From positions 1 through 64,000 of the forward strand of contig JBGSUI010000191.1 of the NCBI GenBank assembly GCA_041736175.1: a stretch of 64,000 nucleotides of DNA, read 5' to 3'. The number at the start of each line of letters is the position of its first letter. Positions within the stretch are counted from its first letter, which is position 1. Position numbers and translations under genes: made by a program. Below the pieces are notes generated by a model that was not told the DNA's origin, did no database searches, and was given only the letters and a program-made list of their open reading frames with translations. Source of the DNA: Oligoflexales bacterium. GTDB lineage: Bacteria; Bdellovibrionota_B; Oligoflexia; Oligoflexales; CAIYRB01. This document shows, one piece after another, positions 1 to 9,671 of this stretch.

Positions 1-140
1 TTTAAATTTTAAATACTTTAAATTTATTTTTGGATCGAGCTTAGCCGACCTCAGATAGGTTTTGGAAAGATGAGCGAAAATTGGAGTCGCAAAAAACCCA
101 GTCTGTGCGCGGGTTCTAGAGAACTTTCAGCCGGCGCTGG

Positions 141-575
141 ACTTTTTATCGAGGCGGATGGTGCCCGTACTGTAATATCCAGTTGCACGCCTTTCAAAAA
201 ATCCTGCCTGAAATAGAAGGTCGAGGTGGGAAACTGGTAGCGATCTCTCCAGAAGCTCCGGATGAATCCCTCACCACTCAACAAAAAAATGGCCTTAACT
301 TTACGGTGTTGTCCGATACCAATAACGAATATGGGCGCAGCTTAGGTTTGGTTTATAAATTGCCTGACGACCTTCAAAAACTCTATAAAACTTTTGGCCT
401 TGATTTAGTTAAGAACCAGCATAACAACAATTGGGAACTGCCGCTATCAGCCACATTTGTCGTGGGTAAAAATGGAAAAATTTGCTATGTTTTTAGTGAT
501 CCAGATTATAAAAAGAGGGCTCCACTCACCGAGATTCTAGCAGCCTTAGAAACCAGTTCTCACTGTTCATTGTAG
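141..575 (+). pseudogene. 5'-truncated peroxiredoxin-like (AhpC/TSA) gene
   Basis: The frame of ORF 183..575 extends upstream to TFYRGGWCPYCN (CxxC active site, codons from 141). There is an in-frame TAG at 117-119 and no start codon before the CxxC, so the usual N-terminal part is missing. C-terminal WELPLSATFVV..DPDYKKRA is typical of the family. Confidence 0.75.
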
Positions 576-724
576 TTAAAATTGGTCATAGCTGTTGTAT
601 ACCCTAAAGTTTTGTGTGAAGTACCGGGTTCCTTTGGAACTCGATGGCAGCAAAGGTACAATCTCAGGGACAAGCCGCAGTTGGAATGGGATTGCGAAAC
701 GCTGAAGCTTGATCAGGAGGATGG

Positions 725-1225
725 ATGAAAAAGTTCGCTTTATGGTTCGCTGGTACCCTACTCCTAAACTGCGGGAAATCCGATGATGGAAAGGACACGC
801 CGACATCGAAACCACCAGCCGAGAGCACCGTCGGCGAGATCACTGATACAACGATCCAGGGTTTCACCGCCTTCGTGCAGAAGGGCGACTACAAAAAGTG
901 GGCCGCTGAAGCTGCAGTCCATGATAGTACGGGTCCGCACGGCAAAGTTCGCTCGTACTTTAACCCGACGCTTACGACTTCGATCAAGGAGAACAACACG
1001 ACACATCCAAAGGGTAGTATCTCGGCTAAGGAACTCTATGCCGCTGACGGTACGACGATCAAGGGTTACGCAGTCGAGAGTAAGACCACTGATGGTACTG
1101 GTGCCGACACCTGGCTCTGGTACGAAGGCTTCTCGCCAAATTTCAACGAGTATTATGGACAGGGCTTATCGACGTGTACAGGCTGCCACGCCAGCGGAAA
1201 AGACTTCGTAAAATCTGCCCCATGA
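725..1225 (+). CDS. cytochrome P460-family c-type cytochrome, probable lipoprotein
   Basis: AGGAGG RBS; lipobox-like LLNC; PKGSISAKE and WLWYE segments; C-terminal CTGCH heme motif followed by KDFV. Confidence 0.75.
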   Translation: MKKFALWFAGTLLLNCGKSDDGKDTPTSKPPAESTVGEITDTTIQGFTAFVQKGDYKKWAAEAAVHDSTGPHGKVRSYFNPTLTTSIKENNTTHPKGSISAKELYAADGTTIKGYAVESKTTDGTGADTWLWYEGFSPNFNEYYGQGLSTCTGCHASGKDFVKSAP

Positions 1226-1724
1226 CTTCTAAACAAGGAAGGCCCTCTTTTCTTAAAAAACCACAGCCCCCCATCTCAATGTATTGTGAATACTAAGCAA
1301 AAGATCTGCATCAATAGGAAAACGAAAGTAGAAGCCATCAAGATGCGCTATTGGGATATGACTTGAAGTGGCCCGGCCCATAGTAAGTAAGTCATTGGTA
1401 TCCAGGGCACATGCATCAACCCCAGGATCCGCGTGTAACCAAAGTGGCGATAGAGTTCCGGGCCTAACCTCAATAGGCTAATCATGTATTCGACTACAAT
1501 TCAAGATTGGGGTGCTCGTTCAATTGGGATAGGGGGTTTTCCGTCGGAACTTTATGTTTCCAGAGCACCGGCTCCCTGCTCCATGCCCAAAATTTTGGGA
1601 TATTGGTTCTTTGAGCCAAGGAAACGGACTTCGAAGTCTTCCAAAACCCAAGCGCCAATGCCTTATGGTTCTACACTATTTTCTCTATCAAAAGAGCGGA
1701 GGAAAGTACGACAGCTTGCCGCAT

Positions 1725-2513
1725 CTATCTGACACTAGATGTCTTTTTTTCGGTGTGGGACCAGACCTTGAATGCAAATAACGCGACGATTTGGGTGTTT
1801 GATTCCCTAACAACGAGCGATGCATTTTGGTTATGAGTTCCAAGAATCCCAAAACGTTTTACATATAATATCGGAAAGTAGCGATCAATGTTTGGTGGAA
1901 GAGATAGGGAAACCCCGTATTCATAGTGGGAAAGGCCGCCCTCGGCCCCTGACCCATAGAGATAGCGATTGTGTGCCACCGTTCCTCCCCCAATGTTACC
2001 AAACACCGCTGGCTCCAAGTTTGGTACCCATTCGGAAGGACGATACAGAATCACTCGTATCCCTGCTTGTAAGTAACGTCCTTTGTGGGCGCTTAAATCC
2101 TGGCTCAGAGCCACGCTTGCTTCGCCTCGTCCGGGCACCTCAATCTCAATAACATTGTCCCATTCATGAGTGATAGGCCGATGCGTATCTGCACTAACAC
2201 CCCTCGTTTCATAGAGCGGCTTGTCACCAGTTGCGTTGAGATTGATGATGGAACGGTAACGAATTCGGTCGGTGAGCTCATTTCGGTAATAAGCTCCAGA
2301 GCCGACTATGACGAAATGTTTGAATCCTGGGTCCAGCGCATAGATGGGAATAACCTGGAAGGAATCATAGAGCGTCATCCCTCTTTTAGACAGGTTAGAC
2401 AAGTATTCCGCACCAAGCGAAAGATTAAACTCTATTGCTCGTACCTCTGTAGGGGCGCTTAAGAGTGTGGATACAGCGGCTAGAAATCCGAAAAAGCTGG
2501 CGTTTTTGAGCAT
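1725..2513 (-). CDS. outer-membrane beta-barrel protein, MipA/OmpV-like
   Basis: Signal peptide, amphipathic beta-strands, HNRYLYG segment near the C-terminus. Confidence 0.5.
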   Translation of the reverse strand: MLKNASFFGFLAAVSTLLSAPTEVRAIEFNLSLGAEYLSNLSKRGMTLYDSFQVIPIYALDPGFKHFVIVGSGAYYRNELTDRIRYRSIINLNATGDKPLYETRGVSADTHRPITHEWDNVIEIEVPGRGEASVALSQDLSAHKGRYLQAGIRVILYRPSEWVPNLEPAVFGNIGGGTVAHNRYLYGSGAEGGLSHYEYGVSLSLPPNIDRYFPILYVKRFGILGTHNQNASLVVRESNTQIVALFAFKVWSHTEKKTSSVR

Positions 2514-2864
2514 CTAAATCCTACTTTGTTGCAGCATGGCCACGCTATCTATATCGCGATAGAGTCTGCATAGTTTTTATCAAAATAAGAATGTTGAAGT
2601 TTATTTCAAGAATCGTCTTTATTTGGCATTCACCTATAGCCTACAGTCCAATTGAGAATCAGACAAGCGGAAGGTCCCAATTTAAATACGCAGATTGAGA
2701 AGACGGATTCGCTCTCGAGGAGATGGCGGCCTGTATGTCTCGCTTTCGTTTGTCTTCCAAACTTCGCATCCACATCCGAGCCGGCAATCGCCCGGACTCG
2801 TCTATGCGTCTTACTATCGATCCGTCGTGGCTAGACCATTGTCGTTCTATTTCTCTTCGCCTTC

Positions 2865-3526
2865 TTGCTGGCGAGACACATGAAGCTCCAGACACAGGGA
2901 GTATCGACGGAGAAGCTCCAGACGCTCCACCAGTGCCGGGGAGACCGACCGCTGAAACCACTCTTGCCTCTAGCCGATCTAGCGAGCAACTACAGTAAGT
3001 CCTGGAGTGTTAGAGAAAACCGAGCGAGGGTAACCAAGACACCGAAGGGTGGCGAGATACTAATGGCAGCGGACTTTGATCGACTACCACTGACCTTCGG
3101 GACCTTTGAAGAGTTTAGAGGGTATCTAGCAGCACAATATCCGTCAGCCCTCGTCCTCCCCACACCGAGTGGACGGGCCAAGCTGATTTACAAGGTCCTT
3201 GACAACGACTCCCATGGACCTGACCGAAAAGTCAACGGCCCCCGAGCTAGGGCCGTGAGAAAACTCGTCGGGCCGGAACTATCTCTATTCATTGACATAG
3301 CCGTGGCCGCGACCCACCTCGTTTTCCTAACTTAAGTTCTGGCGTCCAGGAGCCCATCGCGGACGGGGAATGGGACGAGGAGCTGTGGCGTAGAGCCAAT
3401 CATTTCCGAACCCGCGAAAACTACATCAATGTAATGCACAACTTGCCGGGGGCAGACCAAAAGGATCGCCTGGCGAAGATTGAAAGGGTGGCAGACAGGC
3501 ACTTTGGAGACCGTGGGGGAATCTAG
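2865..3526 (+). pseudogene. frameshifted primase-polymerase (AEP-like) replication protein remnant
   Basis: AADFD (DxD) and LPTPSGRAK motifs in ORF 2865..3335. A second frame (3341-3526, GEWDEELWRRANHF...GGI*) reads as a helical C-terminal domain and is followed by a terminator. Confidence 0.45.
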
Positions 3527-3552
3527 TCTGTGTTAGCTCCCATTAGACAGAC

Positions 3553-3582
3553 GCCTCGGAGATTCCTCCGGGGCTCTTTTTT
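3553..3582 (+). terminator. Rho-independent terminator
   Basis: GCCTCGGAG-attc-CTCCGGGGC stem followed by TCTTTTTT. Confidence 0.8.
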
Positions 3583-3678
3583 ATTTGCCTCGACGTTTAC
3601 TCGACGGAAATAGCGAAGGACTGAGCCAAAGGCGAAAAAGGGTGGACTTTTCCAGACCCTTTTGATAAACATCAATCT

Positions 3679-3742
3679 GTCTGGTTAGAGCGCTACGTTG
3701 ACATCGTGGAGGTCCGCTGTTCGAGTCAGCGTACCCGCACCA
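3679..3742 (+). tRNA. tRNA-Val(GAC), 5'-truncated (pseudo-tRNA or att-site fragment)
   Basis: D-loop remnant CTGGTTAGAGC; anticodon arm CTACG-TTGACAT-CGTGG (GAC at 3700-3702); T-arm CGCTG-TTCGAGT-CAGCG; 3' acceptor TACCCGC-A-CCA. The complementary 5' acceptor strand and 5' D-stem are absent. Confidence 0.85.
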
Positions 3743-3782
3743 TTAATCGCACCTAAGAGAAATTCCAGGTGGTTTCTCACCT

Positions 3783-5732
3783 CTAAAAAGTTTTATTGAA
3801 GCCCACTTCAAAAGAAACAGCTTGGTTTGAGGAGGGTGTGCTTGATAAAAGTCCACTCTCAAATTCTTTTTTTTCGACCTGTAAGTCAAACATCTTTTGG
3901 GCAATCTTGAGTTTTCCGGTCACCCCATCAAAAGGCGCGATCTTGAGGCTTGCGCTGGCATCAAATTGGTTGGCTGTGGCATTGGCGACTACTTTTTCAG
4001 GTTTAGGCGCATCCTCCTGCATCCATAGATTTTGATAGGTGAGGGGTTGGGCAGTATCGGTGGTTTCCTTGGGTTTATCCATATGCTTTCGATAGACCTG
4101 GATGATCTGATTGGAACCCTCCACGACCAGCGATGCTCCTAGGTCAAAGTTAAGCTCTAGGGAGCCCTCGATCTTGATGATGTCGGCGGCGCCATCCATA
4201 AACTGTGAAGTGTTTGATGCAGTGTAGGTGGTCCAGGTGCCTTTGGTTTTAATTTTAGCGACTTCAAATTTTTTACCGGCAGTGCCGCCCAATTCCAGGG
4301 AATCCCCATCAAAGGTGGTTCCATTCATCAAATCATTGTCGGAATTGACTTTTCCTATAGCAGTAGGTCCCGGTGGCGCTAAAGTAACTTGCTGGTATTG
4401 GGCATAGGCCCCGTTGAGTTCTATATAAAACCCATTGGTCCAATTGTAGCCTGGCGTCAAGGACCCCTTCATACGGCTAAAGCCTTTGGTCGTAGGGGTT
4501 TTAGGGTCGTCAATTTGAAATTGAGCGTATTCGGCGGCACCCCCAAGGCTCATGGCCCCGATATTAATCGCCAGAGCAACCGTCCCCGTGGCTCCCGTGG
4601 CCGAAGGGACTTTTGTCTCCTGGGGTTGAAGGGCCTCAAACTTTGCGCCGAGGGTCAGATCGGTGGACTTGAGGATGGGATAACCGATCTCGGGTGCAGC
4701 AGCAAAGCGCAAAATACGAGACGAGCTTTTCGGCTGGTTTGTGATGGTTTCAAAAGTTTGATCGGGGGCATCTTGGTAGGCTTGGGTTTTGACCTTTTTG
4801 CCACTGGCATCGGTGTTGGTCTGGGAGAAAGATACCGTAAGGCTGCCGTAAGGCTGATCGCCATTGCTGACCGGCACGAAGAGATTTTTGAGAGTCCCAC
4901 TGGCTCCCATTTTAATGGTATTAGAGTCGTTATGTTCGGTTTGGGTGCCGTTATAGTCGGTCACCGAGGAGGAAATATTCATTGAGAGATCAGGTGCCAC
5001 AGACGCAGTAAGCCCAATTTTAACCGGCTCTTTTTTTGCGGCAGTTTTAGTCTCTTTCGCGGCCTTTGCGGCTTTTTCTGACAGGGCGAATTCTGCAGGA
5101 GGTGGCGTCAAAACGATGGGAGGGGGTGTCATCGTCTGGGCTTGCAGCTGCTCGTTGTGTATATGTTGTTGTTCTCTCTCTTGAGATTGTTGCACTTGTT
5201 GTAAGAGTTTCCTGCGGACCCCTATAAGGTGAGCAGGTATGTTCTGGGCTTTTTCAAAAAACTGTTCGGCGCGGTACCACTGCTTGCTCCGGGAATAGCA
5301 AACCGCCCGGTAAAAATAAGCAAGGTGGGCACCACGAAAGCTTGTCCCGACGCGACGCAAGCCCTGTTCCGCCTGCTTGCATTGACCGCGAGAAAAAAAG
5401 GTCATTCCGTATTCATAAGCAGACTCACCGTCCACGGCCAAGATGGAGATTCTTTTAAAGTGCCAAGCGGCACGGGACATCACTCCCGACTTGTAATAGA
5501 TACGGGCTAAGAGTAGATGACTTGGTTCGTGGGTAGGATACTTTTTGACGATTTCACTGAGCAACTTTGCTGCTTGTTTATATTGGCCCAAATCGTATAC
5601 TTCAAGGGCCTGGCCAAATAACTGAGTGACATTTGCGGCACTTGCTTGCGGGCTCCACCAACCTAAAAATACCAAAAGCAGACAGAGACCAAAGACAGTC
5701 TTAGGGATTTGAAGGACCTTAGGATTATCCAT
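3783..5732 (-). CDS. TPR-containing outer-membrane beta-barrel protein
   Basis: Signal peptide, N-terminal TPR helices, Gln/Pro linker, alternating beta-strands, C-terminal Phe (GFNKTF). Confidence 0.7.
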   Translation of the reverse strand: MDNPKVLQIPKTVFGLCLLLVFLGWWSPQASAANVTQLFGQALEVYDLGQYKQAAKLLSEIVKKYPTHEPSHLLLARIYYKSGVMSRAAWHFKRISILAVDGESAYEYGMTFFSRGQCKQAEQGLRRVGTSFRGAHLAYFYRAVCYSRSKQWYRAEQFFEKAQNIPAHLIGVRRKLLQQVQQSQEREQQHIHNEQLQAQTMTPPPIVLTPPPAEFALSEKAAKAAKETKTAAKKEPVKIGLTASVAPDLSMNISSSVTDYNGTQTEHNDSNTIKMGASGTLKNLFVPVSNGDQPYGSLTVSFSQTNTDASGKKVKTQAYQDAPDQTFETITNQPKSSSRILRFAAAPEIGYPILKSTDLTLGAKFEALQPQETKVPSATGATGTVALAINIGAMSLGGAAEYAQFQIDDPKTPTTKGFSRMKGSLTPGYNWTNGFYIELNGAYAQYQQVTLAPPGPTAIGKVNSDNDLMNGTTFDGDSLELGGTAGKKFEVAKIKTKGTWTTYTASNTSQFMDGAADIIKIEGSLELNFDLGASLVVEGSNQIIQVYRKHMDKPKETTDTAQPLTYQNLWMQEDAPKPEKVVANATANQFDASASLKIAPFDGVTGKLKIAQKMFDLQVEKKEFESGLLSSTPSSNQAVSFEVGFNKTF

Positions 5733-5754
5733 AGTCGTCTCGTGGCCATGTCTG

Positions 5755-7107
5755 CTAGGGGATCAATCGAAATTCGGAGGATTCTTGTTGGGATTTTTCC
5801 AGGATTTTGTCGATCATCGTAGGTTGTTTAACGATCGCACGCCAAATCTTAATTTCGATACGGTAATCCAAGCGACTAAATTGGTCGCCTTTTTGGATTT
5901 TTGGCAGGAGCTGGGTCATCGCTTGAAGCACTTCGGTCGGCGGAGGTGTCTTAGAAGCCATGACGATTCGCAGGAGATTCCAGCCAAATCGATCATCGGA
6001 GTAGCTCTGGGTGGTTTCGTCCATGGGTGCTGTAAAGCTATCGCGGCATTGGGCGAGATGTTTAACTTCTGCGGAGCTTTCGTAACAGGTCCAGAGCGAG
6101 AGAAGGTCTCCCGATTGGGGGAGTGTTGGTTGGGTGTTAAAGGCTCCAGATTTTTGGGTTTCAACCAACCAAGCTAAGCGGGTTTTGACTTTTGTAAGTC
6201 CCAGTTTTTCCCAGTCACCGGATTGACTCACAAGTGTTACGTCGGAAAACAATTCTTTTAACGCTTGTTCGGCCATAAGGGTACATCCTAAATAATAGCT
6301 TTCGCCCTTTAGCCAGCCCTTATGGTCCCGTCTTCTGATCCAATGGGGATCCCATGCAAGAATGCGCGCCCAATGGTTATTGACCAGCCGATATTGCTGT
6401 ACTAGTTCGTTGATTGATTTGATCGCTCCTCGCCAACGGGTGTTCCAAGTTTTAAGGCTGCAATCCATCGGGGTATGGGTCATCCCTTCACCTCTTAATA
6501 AGCGGTGCGGGAGACCTTCGATGGAACCATCGTATTTAAAGGCATGACTGCGAAGGTATGGCATCCATTGGAGTTCTGCTTTTTTGGGTCGAGTGGTGCG
6601 CTCTACGATCTCCCTAAGATTTTTGTCCATAAATTTTGCTAGCCCTATCTCATCTTGGCGATCCTGTAGGGTCTTGAGTTCGTCAAATAAATAGGGGTTG
6701 TCTTGTTCTTTGGTTAGAATCAGCAGTTTGCCGGTGATAGCAAAATAGATGGCACTTGATAAAGCGATGGCCGCAATGACCAAAAGAGATATAGCCCATC
6801 CTAATCCACTGAGGGTGTGTGGCTTTTTCCTAGACTTTTGCTTAGAGGATGCTCCAAGGTTGGAATGACTGGTGTCGTGATTGCTTACGGCCCAATTTCC
6901 TTGGTCATCAAGAACTATGCGCGCAATTTCTGGGTAATGCTTTCTTAATTTTTCGGTATTGTCGAGGGTGATCCACGACCCGCAGCTACCACTGATTTCG
7001 TCTTGTAGCCCAAATTCCATTTTTTGAAAGGAGTCTTTGAGTTCAGGTGCCGATAGCGGTCCTATGAAAGTTTCTAGATTACGGCGAATAAGATAGAGTT
7101 TAGTCAT
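5755..7107 (-). CDS. single-pass membrane protein with N-terminal GYF_2-like domain
   Basis: N-terminal YLIRR..FIGPLSAPEL..DEISG..W pattern, one TM helix, large helical C-terminal domain; 4-nt overlap with the PP2C gene. Confidence 0.55.
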   Translation of the reverse strand: MTKLYLIRRNLETFIGPLSAPELKDSFQKMEFGLQDEISGSCGSWITLDNTEKLRKHYPEIARIVLDDQGNWAVSNHDTSHSNLGASSKQKSRKKPHTLSGLGWAISLLVIAAIALSSAIYFAITGKLLILTKEQDNPYLFDELKTLQDRQDEIGLAKFMDKNLREIVERTTRPKKAELQWMPYLRSHAFKYDGSIEGLPHRLLRGEGMTHTPMDCSLKTWNTRWRGAIKSINELVQQYRLVNNHWARILAWDPHWIRRRDHKGWLKGESYYLGCTLMAEQALKELFSDVTLVSQSGDWEKLGLTKVKTRLAWLVETQKSGAFNTQPTLPQSGDLLSLWTCYESSAEVKHLAQCRDSFTAPMDETTQSYSDDRFGWNLLRIVMASKTPPPTEVLQAMTQLLPKIQKGDQFSRLDYRIEIKIWRAIVKQPTMIDKILEKSQQESSEFRLIP

Positions 7108-7835
7108 GCACCCTTCACCATGGAAATCAAGACCGTAATATTGTCTTTGCCTCCCGCTTGGTTGGCAGCATCGATAAGAACACGGGGTATTTTTTCGAAG
7201 TTTTGAAAATTATCGGATAGGAGTTGGTTGATTTTTCGGTCATCAATCATACCCGATAATCCGTCAGAGCAGGTCAGAAAAATCTGTCCTGGTCGAAGGG
7301 GAACCTCATAAATATCCACATCACACCGTTCGCCGAGCCCCATGGCTCTCACTAAAGCAGCTTCTTTGGCTCCGGCGGCGAGTGCCGATTTAGGCAGCCA
7401 ACCTCGTTGTAAAAAGTTTCCGACACTGTGGTCTAGAGTAAGTTGAAAGAGGTGTTTCTTGTAATACATATAGGTTCTACTATCGCCCACGTGGGCCAAA
7501 TGGAGCTTGTCACCTACAAACATGAGACAGTTAAGGGTCGTACCCATTCCTGCGATCTCTATTTCGCGCCGACCTCGCTCTAAGATTTCAGAGTTCATCA
7601 AATCAATCGTGTTTATCAAGAAGGGCGTGATCTCTTCATGTCGGATGCGATCTGTAGCAATAAACGCTTTTCTAAGGCCATTGACAGCCATGCTCGAGGC
7701 GATTTCTCCGCCAGAGCGTCCACCGATACCATCGGCGACGATACCAAAACCTGCGGGTTCATCGTAGTAAAGTGAATCTTGATTGGATTTTCTTCGGCGG
7801 CCAATATCGGTCGCACCTATCATTCGAACCTGCAC
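7104..7835 (-). CDS. PP2C-family Ser/Thr phosphatase (Stp1/PrpC type)
   Basis: TDIGRRR.SNQD, VADGIGG, MGTT, HVGDSR, CSDGL and GGKDNIT motifs; GTG start with GGAGG RBS. Confidence 0.95.
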   Translation of the reverse strand: MQVRMIGATDIGRRRKSNQDSLYYDEPAGFGIVADGIGGRSGGEIASSMAVNGLRKAFIATDRIRHEEITPFLINTIDLMNSEILERGRREIEIAGMGTTLNCLMFVGDKLHLAHVGDSRTYMYYKKHLFQLTLDHSVGNFLQRGWLPKSALAAGAKEAALVRAMGLGERCDVDIYEVPLRPGQIFLTCSDGLSGMIDDRKINQLLSDNFQNFEKIPRVLIDAANQAGGKDNITVLISMVKGA

Positions 7836-7859
7836 AAAATCCCTCCTATTCCTTTTGTC

Positions 7860-7887
7860 TCATCGGTCTAACTTCCCTAAGACTTTA
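7860..7887 (-). promoter_or_regulatory. sigma28 (FliA)-like promoter
   Basis: TAAAG-N15-ACCGATGA upstream of the PP2C operon. Confidence 0.6.
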
Positions 7888-8036
7888 GAGGCTTTAAGAC
7901 CAGACGGGGGGTGCAGGCCTCTGTCCTTGGAGATCTCTAAATCCCATCATCAATATTTGGAATCGATGGGGATAAGAGGTGAGATTGTCTAGGTATTAGG
8001 GGGGTTAAGCGAGATCAATGGGATGCCTTCCGCTCT

Positions 8037-9383
8037 TTAAAGGGATGGTTTAGGACTCGGCAGACTTGTTTTTTCGTCAAGGAGCATGCCCCGGAGAGTA
8101 AAGGTGTCAGCTGGCCGTTCGGGGGGAGGTAGAGTCTTGGGGTCTGCCGAAGTTGTTTTGACTTTTTGTTTAGGGGGAGCCCCTTTGGGTTGTGTGGGTT
8201 GGGTTGTCTTAAGGCCTTGGGGGGTGCAAACCAGGTACTGAAAAGGCGGTGGTCCCTTTTGATCGGATTTGGGCTTTGAAACCACATGGGGTCGCCCGAC
8301 GACGACTTGGTCCAATTTCTGTGGTGGTTCGAGATCTTGAAAAAGCAGCGGAGAGGCAAACACATAGGCTGCCGTGGCTAACCGATGTCGCCCCGAGCCG
8401 AGGAGTTGGTCTAATTGTTTAGCTTCAGGGGGCTGCTGCCACTCAATCTCGCTATAGCACCAGTCTTTGGGTCGGAGATTCATGGGACACAACTTAATCT
8501 GTGGACATGGATAGAGGGCAACATACCCCCACTCGCAGAGCTGATCGCGCCACAACATGATAGTTCGTGCCATGGCTTCGGTGGCCGGCTCTAGAAGAAC
8601 CACCAGGGCCCGTCTCTGCTGGGATACATAACTCTGGAGGAGCTGTCCCATCTTAGCCTTTGCCTTGGGGTTTTTGGCGAGTTCGTTCCAGATATAGCCG
8701 AGGGAAACTCCATAAATTTCTTTATATTTAGACCTCTCAGGGGTGGTATCCCGGCCAGGAAGCCTCAAGGTCTCAAGACTAAACTTATGGGTTTTGATAA
8801 GCGCATGTGGACTCTGCGTTTCGAGCAGGTACTTGGCAGTGTTTAGGAGGTGGGTCCCCACGTCGACTAAATTTACCTGCATATTAACAGCAGAATGTGT
8901 CGGCGCCAGAGAACCTAGCCAGTAGGTGATGGCCTGAGCCATGGCTCCGGTACCGCAGGCAAAATCACTCCAAATAATCTGGTTGGTTGGTCCCACGAGG
9001 GCGTTAGGAAGTGACGGGTAACGTGCAAGGCACCGCTCCAGGACCGCCATGGCGCGCGCTGCATTAGGGAGATGAAACCCAAGAAGATAGGCATGGGAGG
9101 CCTGCTCAGTGGTCAACAGAAATTTGGAGAGATCTTGGCGATCCTGATTAAAGACTTCCCATATCTGTCCGATTGTTTTGATGTTTTTCTTGATGAGGGC
9201 TTGCACTTGGTGCCTTGGATCGGTAGGCCCCTTAAGGCTCGTGGCAGACTCGGCGTCGGGAGCTTTTTTGGGAATGGGATTTCTTTGGGACCCGCTCTTT
9301 TTGGCAAAATGCAGTGCAGTTTTGCGCCAAGCACCCACCATAGGTCCAGGGAGAGTCATTGGGGTGGCTGGTTGCTTATCCAT
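8037..9383 (-). CDS. Rsm22/METTL17-family SAM-dependent methyltransferase-like protein
   Basis: AYLLGFHLPN, DFACGTGA (motif I), LLEPAT, and Cys cluster PCPQ..CPM..DWC...VC. Confidence 0.8.
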   Translation of the reverse strand: MDKQPATPMTLPGPMVGAWRKTALHFAKKSGSQRNPIPKKAPDAESATSLKGPTDPRHQVQALIKKNIKTIGQIWEVFNQDRQDLSKFLLTTEQASHAYLLGFHLPNAARAMAVLERCLARYPSLPNALVGPTNQIIWSDFACGTGAMAQAITYWLGSLAPTHSAVNMQVNLVDVGTHLLNTAKYLLETQSPHALIKTHKFSLETLRLPGRDTTPERSKYKEIYGVSLGYIWNELAKNPKAKAKMGQLLQSYVSQQRRALVVLLEPATEAMARTIMLWRDQLCEWGYVALYPCPQIKLCPMNLRPKDWCYSEIEWQQPPEAKQLDQLLGSGRHRLATAAYVFASPLLFQDLEPPQKLDQVVVGRPHVVSKPKSDQKGPPPFQYLVCTPQGLKTTQPTQPKGAPPKQKVKTTSADPKTLPPPERPADTFTLRGMLLDEKTSLPSPKPSL

Positions 9384-9671
9384 AGTTTGTCCTTTAGGTT
9401 TTCCCGTTCGCCGTTCGCACTAAAAAGGACTCATCCATAACAGAAGTTCGGACTTGGTGACATTAAAAAGGGAACTTTTGTGGAAGGCTTTGTCGCATAA
9501 CGGCTAGGTCGCCTCAATCTAGGAACCAGCTCTTTACCCGCACCCCAGGTCCCGGTATGGTTCTCTCCGACGATGTCGACTGGGAGACCTTAGTATGATG
9601 GGCTTTGATGGTCGTGTCCGGCTTTTTTAAAGGGTTTGTCATGGTTTCAATCGATCCAAAGGAGTGTGAGC

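Noticed and set aside
1440..1480. GGGCCTAA...TAGGC resembling a c-di-GMP-I riboswitch or an integron attC end (GCCTAAC)
   Set aside because: Lacks the GAAA stem and GCAAA elements; no matching GTTRRRY partner nearby and no integron integrase.
1484..1781. Short plus-strand ORFs (82 and 75 aa)
   Set aside because: No recognisable motifs or RBS; they overlap a better-supported gene end and are probably decayed sequence.
3528..3540. TGTGTTAGCTC as the displaced 5' half of the tRNA (split tRNA)
   Set aside because: Not complementary to the 3' acceptor strand TACCCGC.
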